A stretch of 64,000 nucleotides of DNA from Schizochytrium sp. TIO01 (Eukaryota; Protista; Bigyra: Labyrinthulomycetes): assembly GCA_004764695.1 (NCBI GenBank), contig SMSO01000036.1, positions 62,001 to 126,000 of the forward strand, in the 5' to 3' direction. A program made the translations under genes and the position numbers. A model generated the notes under the pieces. The model did not search any database and was not told the origin of the DNA. It saw only the letters and a list, made by a program, of their open reading frames with translations. Of the stretch, positions 23,106 through 32,746 are shown piece by piece (the first letter of the stretch is position 1; every line of letters starts with the position of its first letter).

Positions 23106-23693
23106 ATGAAGACTGATAAGGAGATGGTGGAGTACACCATGAAGAAGTGCCAAGAATATCTGACCAAGATTCAAATTGCCGAGGAGATGGGCGATGCATA
23201 CTGGATTGAGCAAAAAACGGCCATGCACAAGTCAAGTGCTGAAGAACGGGGTGAGGAGTTCTTTTGTATTCCAGATAATGAAAAGGCCTCATTCTTTCAC
23301 TACCTGGCTATTCCCTTAGACAAGTCCAAAACAAGCGCAAACCAGTTCTACAAAGACAACGAAGGTGACATCACCTTACTCGAGGCCATGCTCGACAAGC
23401 TCAAGGTTTTCTTCCGCTTATGGTATCTCAATGATGCAACTGAGGATGAAAAGCACAACATCGAGTACGTGTATTTTGGGTTTTATCTCCCTCCGCATAA
23501 CTCACACCCCCGAGCAATTTTTCACGCCTTGACCACGCCCCTCAACGACAAGCCCGAGAACCTCGACACGGATCACACTGACGAGTGGAAAGATATGCCG
23601 GTTTTTATAGATATCCTCAAGGGCAAACCTATAAACCCGAACGAGCCCTATACCAAGTACACTGTGGAGGAGCTCATAGTACTTCCTCAATAA
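23106..23693 (+). CDS. HIT-superfamily (HINT3/DcpS-C-like) protein with a degenerate histidine triad
   Basis: EEFFCIPDNEKASFFHYLAIP, DITLLEAM and YFGFYLPPHNS parallel HINT3-type motifs (D..PA...HYLV.P; GFH.PP..S). The HxHxH position reads RAIFH. Confidence 0.65.
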   Translation: MKTDKEMVEYTMKKCQEYLTKIQIAEEMGDAYWIEQKTAMHKSSAEERGEEFFCIPDNEKASFFHYLAIPLDKSKTSANQFYKDNEGDITLLEAMLDKLKVFFRLWYLNDATEDEKHNIEYVYFGFYLPPHNSHPRAIFHALTTPLNDKPENLDTDHTDEWKDMPVFIDILKGKPINPNEPYTKYTVEELIVLPQ

Positions 23694-24493
23694 ATAACCA
23701 CTCTCACCGGCCTGAGGCTTTGCCTTTCCATCTTTTTATTTGGGTAAAAATCCATTATCAAAGCGATAGCACGTTGTACCTTATTTATGAGATCACCAGA
23801 AAACGTCTTTGCTTTTGACTAATCTTTCCTCGTTTCCTGCATTGGGAAGCTGGATGGCAATTAAAAAGTACTTTCGGTGACAGGCTCTGCGAAGCACAGG
23901 TTCGATGTGGGCTATATGTCATATGCTTGGAGCTGCTGCATAGGTCCGCATGATTCAAACGAAAAACACTCATGAACTTTGTTTGTCCCTTTGGTCCACG
24001 CGCCTTGATTTCTGCATCATGTCCTGGCAAAGACAATCGTTGTAACTCAGAATTACAGTTCCACCTTGGTGATTCCTTTTATCAGCGTGTAATCCAGCTC
24101 CAACTAAGACATTGAAACAGCCAACTTGCAAATGTATGAATATTTGCGTGCAGGCAGATTCTCCAAACTTGTTTCTGATGAGGGATGAGTCCAGTCAGCC
24201 AAAGGTCGACTATGAATACGGAGGCAAAAAACTAGAAAGAGGCTCGAAGAAGGCTTAGGAAGATCTGATAAACTTTGGCTTAAAGGGTTCACGATCTGCT
24301 GTCTTTGGAATTAAATTCCAGGGCGTGCTAATTTATATCATAATAGGGGGGTCAGACTATACTAGAAATATTGAATAAAATAACTTAGGTTAACTTGTTT
24401 CTCTAACCATCAACTTAGGTTTGATCATTCTTATTTCTTTTAAATACGTATGCGCAGTTTCAATTCTTAAATTTCCTTGACTTCTCAACCAAG

Positions 24494-24790
24494 TATCTGA
24501 TTGCTTAGTTTTTAATAAATAAATAGCTGATAACTAGTTCCGACTAGAGTTTTAATAAGTAGTTATCTGACAATTCGTTCTGACTGGGGTTTAAGCTTTA
24601 AATAGCTGATAATTAGTTGCGATTGGACTTTAATAAGGAGCAAATAGCTGATAATTAGTTGCGATTGGGATTTAATAAGCAAATAACTGATAATTAGTCC
24701 CGAGTGGGGTTTAAGAGTTAGAGTTAGCTGACGATTAGTTCCAGTGGAGTTTACGAATGGATTAGCTGACAATTATTTCCCATTGAGTGA
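24494..24790. repeat. Degenerate tandem array of ~7.5 units of 38-42 bp, consensus ~TAGCTGAYAATTAGTTCCGANTGGRGTTTAA+N8-11
   Basis: Units start at about 24524, 24564, 24603, 24645, 24684, 24725 and 24763, with a partial unit at 24494. All plus frames contain stops. Confidence 0.9.
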
Positions 24791-25116
24791 CTTATTATGG
24801 GTTCAGTGATTCATCAGAGACTATTGATAATACTTCTGTAAGTATATCAGAGGATGATCTTATGCTTACCATTGTGAGAGCTGATGTGAGTGAAGACCTA
24901 TCGAGTACGACGCTCAGTCAGCTTTTCTTCGGTGAAACACATTTTCCTTGTTGTGGTGATAACGTCGACAGTAGCACTGCATCGACTGAAGATCTAGTAC
25001 GCGTCCCGATGTCATGTAGTCTAAGATTGGCAAATAACACATACATCCCTGTAGCTATTTTTTGGTACATCGAGAGTGATACCTTGTATTTTATATTATT
25101 TAAACTTGATACATAA
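24787..25116 (+). pseudogene. 5'-truncated unknown gene fragment in the AT-rich island
   Basis: 109 stop-free codons in AT-rich DNA with protein-like composition, but a TGA lies immediately upstream and the ORF begins at GTG. Confidence 0.35.
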
Positions 25117-25251
25117 GATACACAAGTCGTACTTTGTTTATATCATGAAAGGTCCATCTCACTTTTACGTGTACATAGAATTGCCTTTTTAAAATAATTA
25201 AATAACAAGGATTCAGCTTTATTGTCTTTAATGTTACTCTTAGATTTTAAA

Positions 25252-25355
25252 CTATAAAATTTGCAAAACTTGCATTTCATAGAAGGAGCTAAGACTCCAT
25301 CACGAGCTAGTTAGACTAACCCGCGACTCAATGAAATGATTTTTTTAAATCATGT
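25252..25355 (-). ncRNA. Predicted omega-RNA (right-end RNA) scaffold of the Fanzor
   Basis: Immediately downstream of the nuclease stop. An 8-bp stem (25273-25280 / 25331-25338) encloses an 11-bp hairpin (25301-25325) and a 5-bp hairpin (25285-25298). Four G-U pairs form only on the minus strand. Confidence 0.7.
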
Positions 25356-27198
25356 CCTTGGATAGGTAGCGTAAAAGGATGCCTCTTGCGGCATGGACAT
25401 CACGGTCTGCTACATGGTTGCACTTGGGATTAGGGCATTGGAAAATCTTGGATGCCCCGAGGTTATGGTGGAGGGTACCACACTCATTGCATGTTTTGGA
25501 AGTGTAACTTTCTTGGCAAAGAACAAGCTTGCACCACGGGAACATCTCAGCCTTATGAATGAGAGCCTGGCGGAACCCAAAATGGGACCAACGACACATC
25601 ATTCGAATAGACTTCTTGGAGATCCGTCGCTCCATCCTCCTGCTCATCTTAGAGGTTTCGAATTTGGGCAGGAGAATAACACGATAGTTTTCACAAAGCC
25701 AAAGCGCGAGCTTGCGGTGAATCTCAGTGATCTTGTTCTTGATCTTGAGTTGGGCGCGATAGAAGGCGCGCTTCAAGGGGGTGTTGAAATTGTCTTTATC
25801 ACTGGATGCAGTTTTCTTTTTATCAATGCTGCTTTGGATCTTATCAACGCGGCGACAGAGATAGAATATGGTTCTAAAATCTTTCCCTGTGCCCCATTCA
25901 ATGGCGCGGCCATCGGCGTCATACATCGTCTGAAACGAGCGAACACCCGGGTCTAGAGCAATGACACCATGGTGCGCCTTGGGTGCCTGGTCCATTGGAC
26001 GCTTTTTTTCTTCTCGTAAGAAGCAGAAGTAGACATGCCCAAGGCGATTCATTTGCACACGCATGGCGTTCGAAATCTGGTCGGGGAACTTTTCTTTACG
26101 TATTCGGAATTCTTTTAGAAAGTTGGAGGTCTTTGATTTCTTCGCATTCCAGGTACGTGCATTCACTTCGAAAATCTGTGATTCGTCACGCTTGGTCCGA
26201 AACTTATAGAAAGATCGCTCATGGACTTTCTTTTGTACAGCGAGTTCTTCGTTTTTGGCTCGTCCCGAGTTAAGAGCCTTGAAGAAATCCCGAATCCCGG
26301 AATCACGGATAGCCTGTGGGACCTCGACAACCCATTTAGGAGGATCATGTCTTTCTTTATATCGGACGGCATTCAGTTCTCCACCAAGGGCCATATGTGT
26401 TTTTGGATTCCCATCTTCATCTACCAAAACCTGCTTCGTCTTACGATCCTTTTTGATGCACGCTTCTTGATGCAATTTGATGGCTTCTTTCTCGCCCTTC
26501 GCCATGTCTCGGTGAAACGCAACGCCAATATTGTAGGCTCTTCTAGTGACACCAAACCATTTAAGCAACTGTGTACGTTGATCTTTAGTAGGATATACCC
26601 TAACCTTTCTGGCACGGACAAGGTTATATTCTTTCTTGATGGTCTTGCGCGCCTTCGTGCGAGCTCGCTTCTTCCTCGCTGCGTCGTCGCCGTCTATTTT
26701 GCGCTGCTCGTTTTCCGTGATGCGATGCCACAAAGACGGTGATGATTCCGAGGAGGTCTTTGGTGAAGGTGTCTGAGTCTCCGGCATGTGCATCTTGGCC
26801 GTGTACCACGAGTTTGACATTTTTTCTTTCGAAAAGGTGTTCCAAGAGGTCGACTGCGATTCGCGCAAGTCGGTCGCGGTGCATGACCACAACTTGGCCG
26901 ATTCCGCCGCGGTCACAGGCGTCCAGTAGGGAGCACAGACCTTGGCGTTTGAAATTGACCCCGCTACCGATGTCTTTGTAGACGGCGGAAGCATCTGGGT
27001 AGGCGCGCTGGAGATCGCCAACCTGGCGTTCGAGGTCCTCCTTTTGCTTGACCGAGGACACTCTGGCGTAGATAACGGTACATCCAGAGCTGCGTTGCTC
27101 GCGGCCGGTGGAACCGCAATCAAAGATGCGCTCAACATCGTCGCTGGCATAGATGCGCTTGCCTCCGGGGAAGCGCGCGAAGCGCACGCGTCCGCCAT
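25345..27198 (-). CDS. Fanzor2 / IS607-type TnpB RNA-guided endonuclease (first in-frame ATG 27198; alternatives 26820, 26793, 26787)
   Basis: HTH-like KVRVYPTKDQ...WFGVTRRAYN. RuvC-I IALDPG, Pro at the canonical RuvC-II Glu site (ILLPKF) with the shifted Glu in ESYTSKTC, zinc finger CNEC...CPNPKC, and RuvC-III DRDVHAARGI. Basic NLS-like RKKRARTKARK. Confidence 0.93.
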   Translation of the reverse strand: MADACASRASPEASASMPATMLSASLIAVPPAASNAALDVPLSTPECPRSSKRRTSNARLAISSAPTQMLPPSTKTSVAGSISNAKVCAPYWTPVTAAESAKLWSCTATDLRESQSTSWNTFSKEKMSNSWYTAKMHMPETQTPSPKTSSESSPSLWHRITENEQRKIDGDDAARKKRARTKARKTIKKEYNLVRARKVRVYPTKDQRTQLLKWFGVTRRAYNIGVAFHRDMAKGEKEAIKLHQEACIKKDRKTKQVLVDEDGNPKTHMALGGELNAVRYKERHDPPKWVVEVPQAIRDSGIRDFFKALNSGRAKNEELAVQKKVHERSFYKFRTKRDESQIFEVNARTWNAKKSKTSNFLKEFRIRKEKFPDQISNAMRVQMNRLGHVYFCFLREEKKRPMDQAPKAHHGVIALDPGVRSFQTMYDADGRAIEWGTGKDFRTIFYLCRRVDKIQSSIDKKKTASSDKDNFNTPLKRAFYRAQLKIKNKITEIHRKLALWLCENYRVILLPKFETSKMSRRMERRISKKSIRMMCRWSHFGFRQALIHKAEMFPWCKLVLCQESYTSKTCNECGTLHHNLGASKIFQCPNPKCNHVADRDVHAARGILLRYLSKDMI

Positions 27199-27322
27199 CG
27201 GCCCAGCCCCGAAGGGCGCTTGCCGAGACCCCAAACTTCCGGTGAAAGAACTTTGCTGGTTTGTATTCGAGGTTTGCTCCACTTGCAGTGTTTGGAGCTT
27301 GTCGGTTCCTCGGCCTCCCCAT
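26624..27322 (-). CDS. tnpA: IS607-family TnpA serine recombinase (MerR-like HTH + resolvase domain)
   Basis: FGVSASALRGWADGGRV...PGGKRIY HTH, catalytic YARVSS, QKEDLERQ, DIGSGVNFKRQGL, HRDRLAR and DLLGIITVF. C-terminal RRRRR. Confidence 0.95.
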   Translation of the reverse strand: MGRPRNRQAPNTASGANLEYKPAKFFHRKFGVSASALRGWADGGRVRFARFPGGKRIYASDDVERIFDCGSTGREQRSSGCTVIYARVSSVKQKEDLERQVGDLQRAYPDASAVYKDIGSGVNFKRQGLCSLLDACDRGGIGQVVVMHRDRLARIAVDLLEHLFERKNVKLVVHGQDAHAGDSDTFTKDLLGIITVFVASHHGKRAAQNRRRRRSEEEASSHEGAQDHQERI

Positions 27323-27449
27323 TTTCTTATCTAACCTCTACTTCTTATCAATAACCTAACTAAACATAATATATGGTTAATATGAAACAATCACATCGAA
27401 ATATAAGTTATCGAACTTTTACGTTTTTTGATCCTGTTAATTTTCGTAC

Positions 27450-27760
27450 ATGACGAAACAAAAGCACCACAATAATAAAAAGCCTCATTCAAAAAACAAA
27501 ACTGATCAGAGAATGAGCTACAAAACAAAAAGAACACTCGCATTTGTCGCACTTTTACTGGTATTAATAAGAGGTGTCACGGGAGTGTTGTAGTTTCTAA
27601 CTCATCAAACACAATGACGGAAACTTCGCCAAGTAGCACCTCGTCATCGAAGTCTTCTGATACATCAACAGTATCAGACTCCTCTGCTTACTCCTCAGAT
27701 GATTTTACAACAGAAACTTCATACAGCAGCGGCAGCAGCAGCGGCACTACTGATGACTAA
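27450..27760 (+). pseudogene. Frameshifted small membrane protein (basic N-terminus, one TM, Ser/Thr-rich tail)
   Basis: MTKQKHHNNKK...RTLAFVALLLVLIRGVTG, then a frame change into VVVSNSSNTMTETSPSSTSSSKSSDTSTVSDSS...GTTDD*. Confidence 0.5.
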
Positions 27761-29449
27761 GCTCTTCGTTATTTTGAAATGAGCCCATCTCGAAAAGTAA
27801 GCCAGGGGGCATATCGGGAAGTTCACTGGTTCGTTTCAGGACTTGCACAGGCGAGGCTGTCAGATCATCTCCCCTAAACATATGTTTAGCTTTGGAACGA
27901 GTACACATGTCCTCTTGTTAATAATTAGAGTTGTTGCGCTGCGAAGCGAAGACTTTTCAGGAAATTTCTCTGTAAGATTGTATTGCGTAGCCATCATGTA
28001 GCCCGGAGATTGGCATAGGCTAGAATCCCAACTTAATGTGAGACCCTGAGCAATCGTGTTTATGTTCTGGCAAACCAAGATTTATGGAACACGGCTTCAA
28101 TATCAAATAGCTGCTTGCGTGGGTCTTGATGTAGCTTCACACATTCCTCTAGCTCTGCATAGCCTGAGTGTCCAAGAAACATACTCTGTGCCTAGATAAT
28201 CCGGCGTTTGGTAAACAGATCTGTCGCGTAAATCGCATACTGAGAAATGTCCTTTAGCCAGTTGGTGCTAGATAGCTAGCTTCTCAATAACGATCTTGAT
28301 CTCCCACGGGACGATTCGACTCCAGGGAGTCTCCGTCACAAATCTCTATCATCCTCCTAACCTTCCCATGGCAGCGCTTCTTCAGTGCCCCTAGCTGCTT
28401 CGAGCTTCGAGGTCTCAACGGCTTCAGCCAACTGCCCACTTGATCGAATCAGTAAACCTATGAGTTTGCTGATCGCACTCCTTTTCGAATCGAAGCTGGG
28501 CAGTTCTACAGCTCTTGAAAGGCAACGAGATCTTCAATTCTTGCCATCTCATCTGTAGAGCATGAGTATTATGAGTATGCATGGAGTTATAGCAAGTGTG
28601 CACTAACAATGCGGTGACACCAATGCCACGCAGGGTTAGGAGATAGCGGTAGGTGGAGTTAGCGGCTGCCATCTAGCGCCGTGGTGGTCTTCTTACAAGA
28701 CACGCGACGAGCAGCATCGTCCTGGAGAGGGCTGGAGGCGCACTTCTCTTTACTCAATTCGGAGTTTGGAGTTCAATAGTTATGCCCTTTCGCGTTATTC
28801 ATCGCTGCACGGTATCCGCAACAGCAGCGTAGGTTCCGCCCTGGATGATCACAAACGCATCGTTCGATCCATCTGCTGCAATCCGAGTCCATCTCGTTCC
28901 TTGGTCACAGTTTTCCTCGAGCGAACGAACCCCAAACCATTCGAGGCATCTTTTTCTCTCCAAAAGAATGAATGAAAGAAAGAAATAAAATAAAATAAAA
29001 TAGAATAAGCAAAGTCCGCCTGCCACGCATTATTGTTCTAAGCTCATGTCTGAGCTGAGCTCTCTCCACGATGCCCGGAGCGTGCGACTCTTTCGCTTTC
29101 GCTTCGTCTGATGGGTCCAACGTTGGATTTCCAATGCCCTGTTCTCGTGGCAGCTTTGCTTCAACGTGGATCGATTGCTGTTGCGGCGGAGCTCTTGCAA
29201 ACCCGTGAGACTCCCGATTTCGCGACAGGCGGAATGATTTGTGAATCACTCACTCACTGTGAAGCCGTTGACTCGATCGCTTAGCCTCTACCGGGCGCTA
29301 GTCGATGCCTAGCTAGGTCGTACTGAGGTGCCTCGATTATCGACTCCCTCTTCTTTGAGGCCTTCCTCTCTCCACCTTTCAGAGCGTGCTGTTGTGAAGG
29401 AAGGTTTTGCCATTCCAGTCAGATTTTGACTCGACACGAAGAACTTGAA

Positions 29450-29690
29450 GATTGGTTGATTGATTGTATTGATGTATGGATTGTATTGATTGTATTGATT
29501 GATGTATGGATTGATTGATTGTATTGATGTATGGATTGTATTGATTGTATTGATTGATTGTATTGGTTGATTGATTGGATTGATTGGTTAGATTGATTGT
29601 ATTGATTGATTGATTGATTGATGATAGTATTGGTTCATTGATTGTATTGATGCGATTGATATATTGATTGATGTATTGATTGATTGATTA
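29450..29690. repeat. Compound (GATT)/(GTATT) microsatellite
   Basis: ~240 bp made of GATT, GTATT and GATGTATG units. Confidence 0.95.
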
Positions 29691-31210
29691 GTTGAGCGAG
29701 TGAGTTCGTTCTTCGTCCTCGGCGCCTTCACTTTTCTTCAGGTTAGGGTACGGCAGCAGTGCTAGGCTAAGCGGTAGCAGGACCTTACCAGGAGGCGCAC
29801 AGTGTGATAGCCTCCAAGGCACGCGAAGTCGTGACTCCCATGTCCCCACAGCGCCCTTGCTGTGAACGCTTCGAAGCATACAAAAACCATACGCGGGTTC
29901 CCCATTGCTATGAAGGTGCTTCTGGTGCGGGGGCCTTGGCTTTGCTACATAACGCAATAAGCTGCGCATCTTCCCACAGTAAGGGGCTAGTAGCTTCTCA
30001 GAGGCACCAGCTGTGGGCTTGCGGCTAGTTTTTCGTTCTCCACGAAACGCCGCAAACTAGAGCGACTCCGCCCGCACGCGCCGAGTCCGCTAAGTTGGCC
30101 CACTCGTCCTACAGTTTAGCGTATACACCCCATAGGGTTGTTTTCTCGCGGTTGCTTTTCCGCTTTGTGTGCGCAAAAGAAAAGAAAAGAAAAGAAATGA
30201 AAGAGAGAGAAAAAAAAGGGAGACGAAAGCAAGTTGAAGAAAACAAGTCAAACCAAACAAACTCAAACCAGTCCAAAGCAAGCAAACCAGCAAAAACAAA
30301 ACCAAGCAAGCCCTCCCGGAGCCAAAGCGCAGGGCCCACCTGCACAGGCGTCGCCCAGCTCAGCTTCTGAGCGAGCCCAGCAGCCGGCAGCTTCTGCCCG
30401 CTCTCCTGTGCCTGCCTTTTCCCGGCGGAACTGGCGAGGAGCTCGCCTCGTCTCGTCTTGTTGGTCGCCGCCCCGGTCCTGCCGGTGCTTCAATAGGCGC
30501 AAGCAGGACGCCCTGCGCAACGACTCTGTCTACGGAGTGAGTTTTCGAGGTCGGTGCGGAAGCAAGAAGACGTTGCGCGGAAAGACTCAACTTCCTGGGC
30601 GTTCGTTGGCGAGGCGGCTATCAGACGGTCTGAGAGCTGCTGGTGGTTTTGGTTGGCATAAAACCAGAACTGGAATTGGTTCCCTTCCGGCTGACGAGGA
30701 GGCAAATTTGCAAAAGCGTACAACTTGGTGTAACAAGACACCGTCGCACTCGCTGGGGACAACGGCGGCCTGCCATTACTCGCTCGGAGACGGCGCAAGT
30801 GGAAGCAGGGGCTTCAAGCGTGTGCTTTTACTACTTCCGCTCGCAAGGATTCCTAGCTCTTGATTCACCCAGCTAGTTGACCGACGAGTGGCTGATTGTA
30901 GGAGACATACTAAGAGTGCCTCTAGGAACAGGAACGATAGCTCTCAAGAGTCGTTCATTCGCGTATCGTAGCGGGTGCTCGCATAGGGATTGGTGAATCA
31001 TAACCTTGGCGCAAACTCACAGCAAGCACCTTCATCGGTTTGAAGTTGGTAGTCTTGACAACTTCATACTACCAGCCAGGCAAGGTGCAGTGATAAGGCA
31101 TTAGGTAAAAGAGAACATCGACCAACCTCCTCCTGCATTGATTTGTATTGCGCTGTTTGAATTGGCAGCAAAACCTGAATCAACACAAGGTCCCGCCCCA
31201 TCGGCAAATC

Positions 31211-31969
31211 ATGTCCGAGCGGGGTAACGTCTCTGTGCTGACGAGGACAGACCACCGGCATCAGATCAACATGGGGTTCCCGATGCGCATTCCGGGCACG
31301 TCCTTGGAGAGAACCGTCCACTCACGCTCCAACAACATCATATCTATCAGTGGAACCAAGACACCTCCGCCCAAGCCGACTCGAGTCAACGGAAGTCGTC
31401 CGTTCCAGACTACGGCTCCATTCTCGGCTCCTCGCGTCAACACCGCGCGCACAAACTCCAAGCCTGGCGCTTTACATTTCAGCGAAGATGATGTTATCCG
31501 CAGCTTCGCTGCTTCGCTTTGGACCTTGGCTTGCCAGCAGGACGATGGCAAAGAACACCGTTTTTCCGTGGGCACTGTTCCCAAGCGAGCCTTGGATAAG
31601 TATGTGCTTAAGATTGTGGAATTTCTCAACGATAACCATGATGGTGAGAAGACCACGTCTGGTGTCTCTCCTGGTCTTGTCGCTGTAGTGATGGCTGGAA
31701 TGTTCATTAATCGGCTCATGGAGCGCCATCCAGACTTTCGCATCTGCAAGAGCAATGTTCACCGCTTGCTGCTTACCGCCATCATGTTGGCAGCAAAAAC
31801 TTGGCGTGACGCTGCTATTCCCATGAAGTTCATGGCTGCTGTGGGCGGAATTCCACTTGATCAGCTTCTTACTTTTGAAATCGATTTCTGTAAGATGGTT
31901 GGCTTTGATTTCTCGACCGACACAAGTGCCTTCTGGCGTTCCCTTTCACTTCTCGTCATGCAGATTTGA
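31211..31969 (+). CDS. PHO80/cyclin-U(P)-type cyclin
   Basis: FINRL...SNVHRLLLTAIMLAAKTWRD...AAVGGIPLDQLLTFEIDF cyclin-box motifs. First ATG at 31211. Confidence 0.85.
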   Translation: MSERGNVSVLTRTDHRHQINMGFPMRIPGTSLERTVHSRSNNIISISGTKTPPPKPTRVNGSRPFQTTAPFSAPRVNTARTNSKPGALHFSEDDVIRSFAASLWTLACQQDDGKEHRFSVGTVPKRALDKYVLKIVEFLNDNHDGEKTTSGVSPGLVAVVMAGMFINRLMERHPDFRICKSNVHRLLLTAIMLAAKTWRDAAIPMKFMAAVGGIPLDQLLTFEIDFCKMVGFDFSTDTSAFWRSLSLLVMQI

Positions 31970-32746
31970 GTGTTTAAATGTACAACCTGACCCCACTCTT
32001 TTCATGCGAAAAATTAGGTTTCTTTGCAATTCTTTGCTGGTGCCTTATACTAATTTGACACATTCACTTTCTCATGTGTACTCTTTTGGTTTACTTTGTC
32101 ATTACCTAATATATGTATTTTACCCTCCCTGAATGAATAACTCTTATGAATGCAATTGATATTATACAATCTGTACTTTTTCTCTCCCCTTCTCCCCCAA
32201 CCCCCTAAAACAAAATGAAGAAAAACCGTTTTCGCTTTGAGAGTGTTGCAGCTAGCCCGCTCAAAAGCTCAAGTTTCTCACTTCAGCTATCAGGAAATGT
32301 ACCACATTATCAGCTATCTTGACTCTTTATAAAGAGCAATAAACGAGAATTCGTTTACAGATTCTAAAAATATTTCTTTGAGCACTCTGTTTTTCGATCC
32401 AGGGAATCGTTTCTTCATACCGTGTATGGATGGCTGTCCTGAAGGTCACGCTTTTGTTGTTGGGTTCCTATAACATATTTTGGAAGAACATGATTTTGCA
32501 ACAAAGTTTACAAAGCAGTTTGATCGTTTGACATTAGAATCTGAATTAAATTGGGGTCTCCCAGCAAATTCAATAAGAAGCTACAGAATTAAACAAATAT
32601 CATCATGTACAAAATTTACGAAAATTAATATTTATTTTTTCTTTAAATTTCAGAAATACATCAATCGACCAGCAGTTTCCCAACTCAGTTTTCGATAGAT
32701 AGATACAGTACCTCGGTCAACATTAAGTTGGTCATGCTGAAACATG

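Larger units (their letters stand above)
25252..27360 (-). mobile_element. IS607-family element (TnpA serine recombinase + Fanzor2/TnpB); boundaries approximate
   Basis: tnpA plus RuvC nuclease, with GC much higher than the flanks. Short direct repeats TTCTTATC..TAACCT (27324-27357) upstream of tnpA, a structured 3' end, and TAGTT at both candidate junctions. Confidence 0.88.

Noticed and set aside
24563-24772. 69-aa ORF with LIISYL repeats
   Set aside because: This is just the translation of the DNA repeat; unit lengths are not consistently multiples of 3.
24494-24790. CRISPR array
   Set aside because: The repeats are degenerate, the variable parts are only 8-11 nt and resemble each other, and there are no cas genes. 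Kept as a tandem repeat.
25393-26742. Plus-strand ORFs of 187 and 173 aa
   Set aside because: Antisense shadows of the Fanzor CDS, with no motifs.
27199-27282. 645-aa Fanzor start at 27282
   Set aside because: The codon is GTG. In a eukaryotic context the first in-frame ATG is 27198.
30095-30876. Overlapping ORFs up to 209 aa upstream of the cyclin
   Set aside because: GC-rich, low-complexity promoter/UTR sequence with non-ATG starts and no recognisable domain.
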